This document shows, piece after piece, positions 1-12,200 of a DNA stretch of 64,000 nt. Within the stretch, counting starts at the first letter, position 1; each line of letters starts with the position of its first letter. The notes under the pieces were generated by a model. The model ran no database searches and was not told where the DNA came from. It saw only the letters and a list, made by a program, of their open reading frames with translations. The stretch comes from Takakia lepidozioides (taxonomy: Eukaryota; Plantae; Bryophyta): assembly GCA_030704615.1 (NCBI GenBank), contig CM060732.1, positions 65,286,001 to 65,350,000 on the forward strand, read 5' to 3'. The translations under genes and the position numbers were made by a program.

Positions 1-373
1 GTCAGGTGCTGTAAGGAAATCAGACGAGGGAGCAATGGTCAGTTGGCTAGCATGGTGGTTATCGTTTCCTCCAGTTCGCGACTATATGGGCGGGGGAGTT
101 GCACGAATTCGAGGCCCGTTGAATATTATTCTGCCATATTTGTAACTTGATTGTAACCTCAAACATGTGCTGTGCAGGAAATGTGTCTCGACTCCGACAC
201 TGACATGCCCACGCAAACTGGCCGATCATGCACTCCTTCCTGGCGTGCCTCCTCTGCGGCGCATATGGTGGACATCCCACTGCCACAACGGAGGACATTG
301 TGAGGTCAATTATGCAGCTGCCTGGTATAACGAGTTCTTCTTGAGAACAGGAAACATTGGGGCTTGGGGCCGA
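1..373 (+). pseudogene. Fragment of the MULE-family transposase (region around the intron and catalytic Glu), with indels
   Basis: Translates in pieces to SGAV..SWLAWW, CLDSDTDMP, SWRASSAAHMVD, TATTEDI and GKHWGLGP, matching the transposase at ~6760-7135; AG acceptor at the equivalent intron position. Confidence 0.8.
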
Positions 374-873
374 NNNNNNNNNNNNNNNNNNNNNNNNNNN
401 NNNNNNNNNNNNNNNNNNNNNNNNNNNNNNNNNNNNNNNNNNNNNNNNNNNNNNNNNNNNNNNNNNNNNNNNNNNNNNNNNNNNNNNNNNNNNNNNNNNN
501 NNNNNNNNNNNNNNNNNNNNNNNNNNNNNNNNNNNNNNNNNNNNNNNNNNNNNNNNNNNNNNNNNNNNNNNNNNNNNNNNNNNNNNNNNNNNNNNNNNNN
601 NNNNNNNNNNNNNNNNNNNNNNNNNNNNNNNNNNNNNNNNNNNNNNNNNNNNNNNNNNNNNNNNNNNNNNNNNNNNNNNNNNNNNNNNNNNNNNNNNNNN
701 NNNNNNNNNNNNNNNNNNNNNNNNNNNNNNNNNNNNNNNNNNNNNNNNNNNNNNNNNNNNNNNNNNNNNNNNNNNNNNNNNNNNNNNNNNNNNNNNNNNN
801 NNNNNNNNNNNNNNNNNNNNNNNNNNNNNNNNNNNNNNNNNNNNNNNNNNNNNNNNNNNNNNNNNNNNNNNNN
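374..873. other. Assembly gap (500 N)
   Basis: Run of exactly 500 N. Confidence 1.
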
Positions 874-2065
874 CGCCTTCACCTTGAGGATGACACACTC
901 CACCATGTAATGCCAGCCAATGTGCTTGGCATGGTTCTGCTTGATGTACTCCCACCAGGCGAGAAGTCGGTGATTCCCGTCCCACACAAAGAACATTTTT
1001 ACCCGACATATGGCCGAAGTCGGGATCACCCTTCAGCGTCGCCTCGAATTCGTGGTTGCGAGTGTGCCAGTGGGTATCCCACGTTGACAATTCATCGGCA
1101 GTGGGTCCACGCGGTTTCGCCGTCCTCATTCTCTATGGAAACGTAAAACGCTGCCGATCCAGACGGTACCCTTCTGCGAAATGCGAACTTGAGCTTATCC
1201 ACATCTCCGGGAAGGGCCTGCCTGACGATGGAAGGAGACCATGCGACAGAGTGGGATTCGAAGAGTCCGCTGGAAATACCCTGCTGCCCAGAACTCTGCC
1301 ATGCTACTGTGTGTCTCCTCCAACATTTTATCCGCTGCACTTTTGAAATCCTCCGGAGACATGTCTGTAGGTGCCGGTAGTGGCTGAGCAGCTGGAGCAT
1401 CCTCAACTGGAGCTGCACTCTGGGGCCTGTCTGCGGGCAATTCTGCCATTGCAGAGGCCTCCTCCGGGCCTGCTTGCTCATCGGTGGTGAGGTCTTGCTG
1501 CGAACGTTCAGCGGCAGCACCCTCCTCCGGTACCAAATCGAGATCAACGGTCGATCCATTGCCTTCGCTGCAGCAGAGTCGGCCCCAACATCTGCAGGCG
1601 GAAATCCTCCAGGAACTGAGCTTCAGCTCGTGGAAGCGGTTTTGCGGGAGATTGTTCGGCCGTCGCCCTGATTGCCTTCTGCTTCTCATCCTTGCAGGTG
1701 AAGGTGTCTGCTTGCAATTGAATCTGTCTTCTACCCTGCTGCTTCATTCGCGTTGGGGGGGGTGAATCGGCCTGAGCCGGTTCAGAAGCCAGTAGAGGGA
1801 CGGGCTGCTTCTTCTTCGACTTTGCTGGAGAAGGGCCCGACCCCTGCTGGCGATTCTCCATGATCGAAGAACGCGAGTCGATCTCTGAGACTTTGAACTT
1901 GCCCTTCGAAGACGCGTCTTTGAATCGCAGAGGGCTAGGCCCGGCAGGAGTACCCGCGCTCGGGGATCGGGTGGGTGTACGTGCTGCAGCTAGCTCCTCG
2001 GACTCTTCCTGCGGCTCTTTGGATTCCTGCGATCCTCCAGCACGTCCACCTTTCCTGTTAGGCAT
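874..2065 (-). CDS. Cargo gene of copy A, 5' part: low-complexity N-terminus plus ParB/Sulfiredoxin-like domain; frameshifted and cut by the gap
   Basis: Joining frames gives RIPLCRM..IVRQALPGDVDKLKFAF..GSAAFYVS...KMFFVWDGNHRLLAWWEY; DGNHRLLA fits the ParB/Srx GxxRxxA motif (~958-990). Single-base indels cluster near the gap and may be sequencing errors. Confidence 0.62.
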
Positions 2066-2659
2066 GCAAACATGTTCTGCATTCAAGTCTCCTAGCATTC
2101 AGTCTAAGAATTACAGAAGCAAAATGGGGGGTTCGGTGCTCGATCAGCTGCGCGCAGCCCGATCGCATGGAGCTCTCACTGGTGGCTGGGTTGCCTGAGT
2201 GGCCTGCTGCTCGGAGATGGCAATCTCCTCCTGTAGACGCATCTGCTTCCTCCCCTTCGGCATTGGCCTACGTCCGAAGTATAATTTCCGGAGCTTGCGA
2301 CGAGGTCTCCTGTCTGGTGCACGAACTCCCCCCCTCTCAGGTTCGAGCATAAGAAGAACAGAGAGAGGGAAAGGGGCAAAGAGTGCAGATGGAAAGGGCG
2401 CGAGAGGGGTGACTGAGGAGACACGACAAAAGTAGATGAAACGGCGGTGATGCACCACTTGGGTTCGAAAGGTTGGACGAAAGTGTCTCCTCGTGGAGTT
2501 TGCGTCATTACGAAATTCGAATCGTTGAGGGTACGCCCGCCGTCCGAAATCAAACATCATTATCCAACGGTCAGGCCGCGCCGCCTCATGCCCCTTCAGT
2601 CAGATAGAGTGGCATTTCCGTCCCGCGTCTGATGATTTGGAGAAAAAAAAAGCGAGAAT

Positions 2660-4335
2660 GCGAATGCGGCCGCCGCATTTCCGTTAGTACGATCACTCTG
2701 CTACACATCCGTACTTGTTTTGGAAGACAATGCGGCACCGCATTTCCGTTCCACCTTCACATACCTTAGTTGTTGAACGGAATACGGTGCCGCATTTCCG
2801 TCCCACAGCTCCAAGTATGAGATTCAGAAGGGAAATGCGGCGCCGCATTTCCGTTCCCACTTCACATACGTTAGTTGATGAATGGAAATGCCGTGCCACA
2901 TTTCCGTTCGGAAAGTATAGAGGTCTCACCTGGACAGAAATGCGGTGTCGCATTTCCGGTCTGGAAAGGTTGAAGGTCTCACATGGATGGAAATGCGGCA
3001 ACACATTTCCGTAGCACAGCTCCAGGCCGAATATACAAAACGGAAATGCGGCGCCGCATTTCCGTTCGAGAATGTCGGAAGGTGCGACTCGAACGGAAAT
3101 GCGGTCCGCATTTCTGTACCCGTTGCGCACGATTTTTCAGTCAGAATGGAAATGCGGTACCGCTGGCGGAAATGCCTTCCCGCATTTTTCGTTCCACAGC
3201 TCCATGCCTCACATACAAAACGGAAATGCGGTGCCGCATTTCCGTTTTGGAATGTCGGATGGTGGGACTCCGACGGAAATGCGGTACCGCATTTCAATTC
3301 CGATGTTTCAGGATATTTCATCAGAACGGAAATGCGGTGCCGCATTTCCCTTTTAAATCTAATACATTCCGTTCTGGAATGTTGGGAGGTGCGACTCGGA
3401 TGGAAATGCGCTGCCGCATTTCAGTTCCGATGGTTCACGATTTTCAGTCAGAACGGAAATGCGGTGCCGCATTTCCGTTCTGGCCTGATGGTAGGTGCGA
3501 CTCGGATGGAAATACGTTGCCGCATTTCAGTTCCGATGGTTCACGATTTTCAGTCAGAACGGAAATGCGGTGCCGCATTTCCGTTCTGGAATGATGGTAG
3601 GTGCGACTCGGATGGAAATACGGTGCCGCATTTCAGTTCAGATAGTTCACGATTTTCAGTCAGAACGGAAATGCGGTGCCGCATTTCCGTTCTGGATAGT
3701 GTGAATGTCTCAACCGGTCGGAATTGCGCTGTATGAAGCTGTCGGAATCTTACTCGGCTCCAGGCATCAGATACAAAATGGAAATGCGGCGCCGCATTTC
3801 CTTTATGGAATGTCGAAAAGTGCGACTTTGACGGAAATGCGGTGCCGCATTTCTGTTCCCGTTGTTCATAATTCTCAATCAGAACGGAAATGCGGTACCG
3901 CATTTCCGTTCCACCTTCACATACCGTGCTTGTTGAATGAAAATGCGGTACCGCATTTCCGTTCTCGAGAGTATGAATGTCTTTTAAGGACGGAAATGTG
4001 CTGCAGCATTTCTATCCCTCAGCTCCATGCATCAGATACAAAATGGAAATGCGGCACCGCATTCCCGTTCTGGAATGTCGAAAAGTGCGACTCGGACGGA
4101 AATGCGGTGCCGCATTTCTGTTCCCGTTGTTCATAAATCTCAATCAGAACGGAAATGCGGTACCGCATTTCCGTTCCACCTTCACATACCGTGCTTGCTG
4201 GATGGAAATGCGTTACCGCATTTCCGTTCTGGAGAGTATAAAGGTTTCCCCCGGACGGAAACTCGGTGCCGCATTTCCGTCGCTCTGTTGCATGACCAAG
4301 ATGCAATACGGAAATGCGGCGCCGTATTTCCGTCC
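2660..4335. repeat. Array of ~30 palindromes GGAAATGCGG(CG/TG/CA/TA)CCGCATTTCC with a 53-bp period
   Basis: ATGCGG half-sites at 2730, 2782, 2835, 2888, 2940, 2993, 3046, 3099, 3152 ... 4102, 4155, 4208, 4261, 4314; spacers vary and fall into recurring classes. Confidence 0.95.
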
Positions 4336-4760
4336 ACCAGCAATCGACAGAATCACTCGTGACGGGAAATCTGGAACCTCAATGGGTTGCATTGTTCCGA
4401 AACAACACAATTGCGGCCAGTCTTGATGAGCACAACTTGGTTGTCTGACCGTTTTAACCAGCAGTCCTGGCACTTGTCAGCGCGAACGTTCCTGTCTGCA
4501 CCGAGAATACTGCTGGATCCACCCTCAGGAGAAACTGTCAGGAGATGTTATTTCGTCGCCGAATCGGCCATCATTGTCCTACTCACTGGCTATGGAATCA
4601 AACCTCCCACCTTCATGCATGTAGCTTGAAACAATACTTTCCACTTCAATGTGCGACTTCCAATTGTCGATGGACTCCGCAGATCCACTTAGATGGTGCC
4701 TGTGAGCCTTGGTCTGTCGCTATACTGAACCTCGCACTTGCCAACTCCGTGCGGTGTTCG

Positions 4761-7700
4761 ATGGCTCCGAATTCCTACGCTATAGTTTGCTGTCCTCCGC
4801 AACTTGGGAGAGCCTGGATCCCAAACGAGGGAGGACTTTGCAGAGTGACTGAAACTTACCTTTGTTCCAAATTCAAGCTCAAACCGGGCACAGTTTATTT
4901 GGAAGAAGAAAGGAAGGATGTTCCTGGACAGGTTGACGAGACCATTGTCGTGCTAGGTAACGACGGAGGTTGCGGAATCGAATGGCACGTTCCCCCGTCA
5001 GACACCATCCTGTACCGAGCTGTGGGAATGCCCATTCCCTTTCCGAATCAGTCGCTGCCCACACCATCCACAAAGGAGTCCGGAAACCGAGAGGCGGCCA
5101 CTGCCAACAGAGAGGTATGCAACGATAATCATTCCCGACCTGGACCGTCAAGACCCTCCATAGCTTCTCGTGTGGACGTATTCGACATTTCCGACGAGGA
5201 AGATGATTGCATTGAGGTACCCATGTCCTCCACACGGTCGTTCAAATCCGGCATGGACGTCTCTGTAGGTGCTACGCATGTGCCCTCGAGCATAACTCCA
5301 ACCCGGTCCATTGTGCAGCTCCTACGACAACATCACCTCGATGGTTCTCGCTCCGAGCTGGCTGCTCTCGACTATGCCAAATTCCCAGTCAGAAAGGTAA
5401 CTTTTCTGCCTCCCGAAGTCGATGGCAATGTCATCTTCGAGTTTCCACCTGTTTCTTCGTCAAAGAAAGCCTCGGGGATGTTAACAGACATGGATCGAAA
5501 GCATGACGGACACCCCTGGTGTGTGACGAAGACCAGTAGCACGAAAATTGCTGATGGTGTTCGTGTACGATATGTCCTCTGTGCGGGGAAGCTGAGGTGC
5601 CTCAATCCCACCTGCTTCCACTTTCTCTCCAAAGGAGGGCGGAGAAACGAGACGGATTGGACTGGCACAACGCATCATCCATTCATTGTCTCCAGCCAAG
5701 CTCCTGCGGGTTCTTTCAAGTGTGCACATTGCAAAGAACCACCGACGTGCATGTCCATGTGCAGAGCCAAGCAATATTACGTTATCCATTTGCTCCCGGA
5801 CTTGACTAGAGCTTGCATACACGTTGGGGTCCACTGCCACCCCTTGGCGAGAGGCAACATGCGTGAGGCTGTGCAGGAAGCACACGACATCATAAAAGAG
5901 GAGGTGAAATTGAGCCCCGGAGCCAGACCAAAGCAGATTCAGCTGAAGGCAGCCCACAAGATTGCTCTTGGCAAAATCATGTCTGAAGATGGTTCCGACC
6001 GAGAGCCCTTGACCGAAGACGAGATGCGTGACCTCTTGGAGTCCGTCTCGCACGTTTGTAGTCCGAATGTGCGGAATCACATCGTATCTTGCAAGCAGGA
6101 GTTCGGCAGGGGGTCGGACATGTACTCAATCCTGGAGGTGAAACGAATGACTGGATATGACTACATCCAAGGTAGCAGGTTTCCAGGGCAAGGCAGCGAA
6201 TCCGATCGTTGTTACATTTTCAAAATGTCGACGTGTGGGCCTGGGAGTGGAGTCGACTTGGTCACTCGCATGACAACTGGAAACTTGTCGAATGCTTGGG
6301 TGATGTTTGATCACATCAAGCGAATTACAAACCATCAGTGGGTGACTATGGGTGCGCATGTTTATGACTATCACTCCAAGAGGCTCATGACGATTGCAAT
6401 CTGCGAGATGAAAGGGGAGGACACACAGTCCGAGATGCATCTGTGGGAGGGCATAAACCAGCAGATGGCAAGGGCGGGATTGCCAGAGCCCAATTTCAGG
6501 GGATTCATGGCAGACAACGCTCAGGCCAACTGGGCAGCGGTGCGGCGTGTGTACGGTGAGGACCCCAATGTTCCAATGGAGGGGAAAGAGAGATCCTGTG
6601 GATTCCATTGGATGCAGAGTCTATCCCACTACACTACCAAATTTGTTGCTAGCTCATTCCAGGCTGAACACCGTGTCCTTTGTACGGCGTGGAAGGATGC
6701 ACCCACATTTGATGACGCGGAGGTTAAGTTTGCTATCATCGAGGCTTGGTGGAACACGTCAGGTGCAGTGGAGACAACCAATCTGGGAGCATTGCACAGC
6801 TGGTTGGGGTGGTGGCATTTTCGGTATCGACAGTTCGGACAGTACATGCGGGAGGTAGGCTGCTGTCATTTTCGTTCATTTGTCTTTCTGTTACGGACAT
6901 TTCGATTGGTCCCTCACCGTTGTTTGTGTCCTTCTAGGAGCGGTGCTTGGATTCCGACACGGACATGCCGAACACGAATATGGCAGAATCGGTCCACTCC
7001 TCCTGGCGAGCGTCTTCTGCCGCACATCTGGTGGACGTAGTGACGGCCACAACGGAGGACATCGACAGAGCAATCATGCAGCAAGCCACGTACTACAAGT
7101 TCCTGAGCGGCAAACAATGGGGCTTTGGGCCGGACAGGGAGGAATTGTTGGTACGAACAGCTTCGAGGTCCAAGAATCCAGTGAAATGGGCGACAGCATT
7201 GCGAGAGAAGATCAAAGGGACGCCTCTGCACCGCAGAGGTGAACACCTAGAGGGGGACGTCCGGACTCGCCCTGTCAGGCGGAGGATTGAAGAGGAACCC
7301 GGGTGCGAAGAGGATTCCTGGAGATCCGACAGGAACATTCGGACAGCACCTCGAGGTCCCGTCATGTTGCCGCACAATGTGTCTTCCAGCAGTGGAAGCC
7401 CAAGAAATTCCAGATCGCCGTCGCCTTCAACCGGGGATTTCGTGCAACAAATTCCCACCGCTCCCTTGCCCCACATTCCGCCCGCTGTTATGCAGTATGG
7501 CCAAGCCATTGTGGAGACGACTGTGTCTGCCTCACAGTGGAGAATTGCTCGCACAAAGCCGTCGTTTCGAGGAAGGTGTTCCGCAATTCGTGTGGATACA
7601 CGGCAACGTTGTTTAGAGATGATAAGGAGGAATCCAGATGGGGCTGTCCCTGCTCCTACTTTTACAGGAAGATTTGTCCATGCAAAGTTTGCGGAGGCGA

Positions 7701-8368
7701 CAACCACCCAGTTCTGGTTCTGCAGGTACGACATTATGACTTGCGTGTATGGAAAGCCCAAGTACGGCATACAGACAATGCCAGAGGCTCCCCCGGTGTG
7801 GCCGGTGGAACCAGGCTGCGATCTGAGTCAGGTTGAGGCCGACGCCCTTACCGCCGCAGGATTTCGGATGGTGCAGCGCACTGACGTGCCCAGACAACCA
7901 TTTCCGCTTCCACAGCCTCCACCACCGACCCCTGTGAGAGCAAGAACAATGGGACACGACAGCTCTAAGCATCCTACACACCGTTGGGGGAAACCGAAGA
8001 GGCGGCGACCTCCCTCAAAAGTGAACGAGACAAGGATGGGGAATGCACTTCGGATGAACTGTACAATCCAGAGCTCGACAGAAGTGCCCCCACCAGGATT
8101 CGGGCGTGTGTATCAGATGGCCACGGCGGGCTCAGCTGTTCGCAATGAGGTGTACACCATCACCATTTCAGAATTACCCACCTGCAATTGCACCGACTTC
8201 CAGATCATGGCGAACAAGGGGGCATCATACTGCCCTTGCAAGCATTTGTACTACGTGTACCTAAAGAGACTCCGTTGTAATTCCACAACTCATCACTTCA
8301 TACATGCACCAGGGTTGAGCCCCCAGGAGGTTCACACTCTTCTGAATATGGATCCAGGGGACCAGTGA
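4761..8368 (+). CDS. Intact MULE-type DDE transposase, ~1174 aa, 2 exons (4761-6854, 6938-8368): N-terminal domain, GCM-like Zn domain, DDE core, Cys-rich region, C-terminal SWIM
   Basis: GT-AG phase-0 intron 6855-6937 joins the 831-aa and 473-aa ORFs. Motifs: HDGHPWC..CAGKLRCLNPTC..CAHC..HCHP (GCM-like); VMFDH, FMADN, CGFHW, TNMAESVH (D-D-CxxH-E); CNCTDF..CKHLYYV (SWIM). Confidence 0.88.
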
Positions 8369-9112
8369 GCTTGGCTTGCGGTCCACATACAATGGTACGC
8401 CCATCGGATAGTAGAACTGTACTGCTGCCAGTACCTCAGACTCTGGCCACACAAAGGTCCGACATATGTCTTGCCTACCAGTAACCTGTTTTGATCGAAC
8501 TAAGATATTACTATATCGTTCACTTGTTTCCACGTGCATGTATTTTTGTATGTTGGAGGGTTCATGTTTTTCTGCTTTCCGAAAACTTGCTCTCCTCATT
8601 CGACCTCCGACAAGGAAATGCGGCGCCGAATTTCCAAGTATCGTCGTAGGTACCCCCAGAGGCGGCCTTCGCCAACACCAAACCGCTCCGAAATTTCGCA
8701 CGTGCGAACCCTAATGCGGCACCCTATTTCCCAGTTCAGTTGCAAACCTTTCCCGCCGAATACCCGAAGAAGACAGAATTGTGAAGTACTGCATACTGTA
8801 TTGGTGCAGACTCCATTGGTTCAATCGCGGCAAAAGGGTCAGCTTCATTCCAATGTTAAGGCATGTAAAACCGCGGAATACTCTATACAGGCCAGTATGC
8901 GACGTCCTTTTGCAGTGGTATACTGGATTTCCCGTTGCACGGTCACTTATTTCCATGAGCGGATCTATAAAACCATGAGCGGACTTGTTACTGACGACAT
9001 ATCTTCGCCGCATTACATGATCTGGAACGTCCAAAAACGGCAAGGTCAAATAAAAAACTATTATTTTAATACTTGTTTAATCTGCCGCATTTCCAAATTT
9101 GGAGGAGTCCGC

Positions 9113-9213
9113 TCATGAAATCCGCGTATCTTAGACTTCGGCTCACCGCTCATGCGGCTCATGCGGCTCATGGCTCATGGCTCATGGTTTCTGCTCATGA
9201 AATAGTAAACCTC
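9113..9213. repeat. Right terminal region of copy A: clustered GCTCATG motifs plus 20-bp TIR
   Basis: gctcatgcggctcatgcggctcatggctcatggctcatgg...ctcatgaaatagtaaacctc; same structure at 16637-16713, 18523-18581, 27884-27946 and 35205-35425. Confidence 0.9.
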
Positions 9214-12200
9214 GGTGGGAGAGCTCTCGAAGAAGGGCCCACCTCCCCACCACAAACTGTTCTTATGAAGGTCATAAAATGGGAAAGCAATGGAGTACCC
9301 AATTGGGAAGGGGTGGTAAGGAGTGTAGGATTTGGCTGATGTGTGGGGCCATGTGTAGAGATAAAAATTTGGGACCTTTATTAACCTTACGGGTACACTT
9401 TCCATGGTGATTTAAGCTTAGAAGCTTTAATCTTTTCCTTCTTCTGCAACCAGAGAACCAAATCTCCCGTCTTAAAAGTCTTTAATTTGCCTTCATCAAA
9501 CTGTTCCTTTCTCTTCATCTGCATTCTAGTCATGTTATCAGCTGCATCAGCACGTATTTCTTCCACATGGTATAATTCATGTTTCCTGACCTTAATTGAA
9601 TCTTGCAATTCCATTCTCTTTCCCCATTCCGTTCTCATGGTAGGTAACATGAATTCCACTGGAAGTAAAGCTTCCATACCATAAACTAATTGGAATGGTG
9701 TATACTTAGTGGTGACTTTATATGAAGTCCTGTATGACCACAAAGCTGTCAGCAGCTTTGTATCCCAATCCGTTCTATTTGCATTGACTATCTTAGCCAA
9801 GATAGTACGTAGTATTTTGTTGGTAGCATCTGCCTGCCCATTACCCTGTGGGTAATATGTTGTACTCTTCCTATGCACAATCATGAACTCTTTAGTCAAT
9901 AATTCAATGGTCTCATTAATGAAGTGACTTCCCTGATCACTGATAAATTCCAAGGGACAGCCAAATCGTGTAAGTATGTTCTCATACAGGAACCTTGTTG
10001 TGGACTTGGCTGTGTTGTCCCTCAAAGCTTTAGCTTCCACCCACTTCGTAGTATAATCAGTGGCTGTAATTATGTACCTGTTCTGTGTATTCTTGGCTGA
10101 TGGGTTAATTGGTCCAACAAAGTCTAGTCCCCATTTCTGAAATGGTTCCGTAGGCATTGTAGGATGCAAAGCCATCTTCCCAGATCTCTGCAAAGGTCCT
10201 AGCCTCTGACATTCATCACAACTCTGACAATACTTGTGTACATCTTTGAACAAAGTAGGCTACCAGTAACCTGCATGTAGTATCTTCCTACTGGTAGTCT
10301 CTTCTCCAAAATGACCTCCTGCCACTCCTTTATGAACTTCCTCCAAAACTTTATTAACTTCATGGTGGTATAAGCATCGCTTCAGCACTCCATCTGGTCC
10401 TAGCTTATAGATTCTGCTCCCTACCATAGTGTAAGGTAGAGCCATGATAACAATTCTCTTTCTTTGCTCCTTTCCATAACTTGGTGGGCACTGACCATGA
10501 GCAAGGTAGTATCTGATTGGCCACTGCCAATCTAACCAGTCATCTGCACTTCCCTACACCTCCATTGCAAATAGACTCGCATCTGGTAATTGATCATCTA
10601 CTCCCGTGGCTGGTTCTCTTGTTGATAACCGTGACAAGTGATCCGCCACAAGATGCAGCCTCCCAGGCTTGTAAACAACCTCGAACTCAAACTCGTGCAA
10701 GATTATCAACCATCTTGCTATTCTTCCGCTTATCATAGGTTTGTTTACCAGGTATATCAGAGCCTGGTGATCCACATAGAACATAAACTTCTTGCCCAAC
10801 AGGTAATGCCTAAATTTCTTCACTGCATAGATCATTGCCAATGCTTCTCTTTCCGTTGTGCTATAATTTCTTTCAACATTGTTCATCAATCGGCTAGCAT
10901 AGTACACAGGTGAATCTATCCTTCCTGTAACATTTTGGGCTAACTCTGCTCCCAGTGCTTCTCCTGAAGCATCATAGTGAACATGAAATATTTCCTGCCA
11001 ATGAGGATTAATCAGCACAGATGTAGTTGTTACTGACAATGTAAGTTCCTCAAAAGCCTGCTGACATTCAGGTGTCCATGCAAACACTGCATCTTTCTTC
11101 AGAAGTTTGCTCAATGGTGCTGCTATCTATGCATACCGTCTGACAAATCTTCTGTAATAGCTGGTTTGTCCCATGAATCTCCTTAGACTCTTAGCATTTA
11201 CTGGTGGTGGAGAGGCTTTAATGGCCTCTGTCTTCCTGGGATCCACAAGAAGTCCCCTCTTACACACAATGTGTCCCAGAAGTACCCCTGAGTTCACACA
11301 GAAAGTACATTTTTCTGGATTCAGGCCCAGACCTCTCATTCTGCATCTGGCCAGACATAACTCCAATTTATGCAAGTGCTCATTCTTAGAGCTGTACACA
11401 CTGAAATCATCCAAGAATACCTGCATGAAATCATCCAGATACTCATGAAAAGATTCACTTATCACTCTCTGAAAGGTTGCTGGTGCATTACAAAGTCCAA
11501 AGGGCATGACTTTGTATGCATAAGCACCCCAGTCTGTGATGAAAGCTCTCTTTCCCTGGTCTTCTTCTGCCACTTGCACTTGATTATAACCACTGAAGCC
11601 ATCCATGAATGAGTACATCTCATGGCCTGCCACAGTGTCCAATACTGCTTCTGTGAATGGCAAGGGAAATGGATCTTTCTTCGTGCAAGCATTCAACTTC
11701 TTATAGTTCACACAAACTCTCAGTTTACCATTCTTCTTGGGAACTATCACAATGGGTGACAACCAAGTTGTATAGTCTATTGGGTATATAAACTTAGCCT
11801 CAGCCAACTTCTTGATCTCTTCTCCAACCTTCTGTGCATAGTTGGGATTCATTCTGTACCTTGCCTGCTTGATTGGTACTGACCCTGGTTCCAATTCAAT
11901 CTTATGCTGACAGATTTCAGGTGGTATCCCTTTTAGATCCTCATAGCTCCAAGCAAATACATCTCCGTATTTGATGAACAAACTCTTAGCTTCTTCAAAG
12001 AATTCTGGCTCCAAATCAGCTCCTACCTTCACCATCCTCGGTTCCTCTTCAGTTCCCACATTCACTTCCCTCACCTGCTCATCAGCTGTGATTGTCCAAC
12101 CAGTCACCACTTCATCCTGTAAACTCACAGTGGCTGGTTCCTCTAGGATTTCCATTTCTCCTTCTCTTTCTTCATAGAAATGTGATGGGTAACTGCTGGT

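Larger units (their letters stand above)
874..9213 (+). mobile_element. MULE copy A (GCM-SWIM family); left end lost in the gap
   Basis: Divergent cargo gene, palindrome array, intact transposase, and right terminus CTCATGAAATAGTAAACCTC (9194-9213), the exact reverse complement of copy C's left TIR. Confidence 0.88.

Noticed and set aside
59-1146. ORFs spanning the N run
   Set aside because: Artefacts of the 500-N gap; the two sides belong to different genes on opposite strands
2660-4335. CRISPR array (palindromic repeats with constant-length variable spacers)
   Set aside because: Eukaryotic TE context, no cas genes, degenerate repeats, and spacers that recur as related classes rather than being unique
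2693-4473. Many overlapping ORFs with EMRCRISV / RKCGAAFPF / NGNAVPHF repeats (similar ones at 15858-16594, 30895-32573, 46758-47268)
   Set aside because: Translations of palindromic or tandem DNA repeats that appear in several frames on both strands
5480-5850. Host GCM transcription factor gene
   Set aside because: The domain is in frame with a DDE transposase inside a TIR-bounded, multi-copy element
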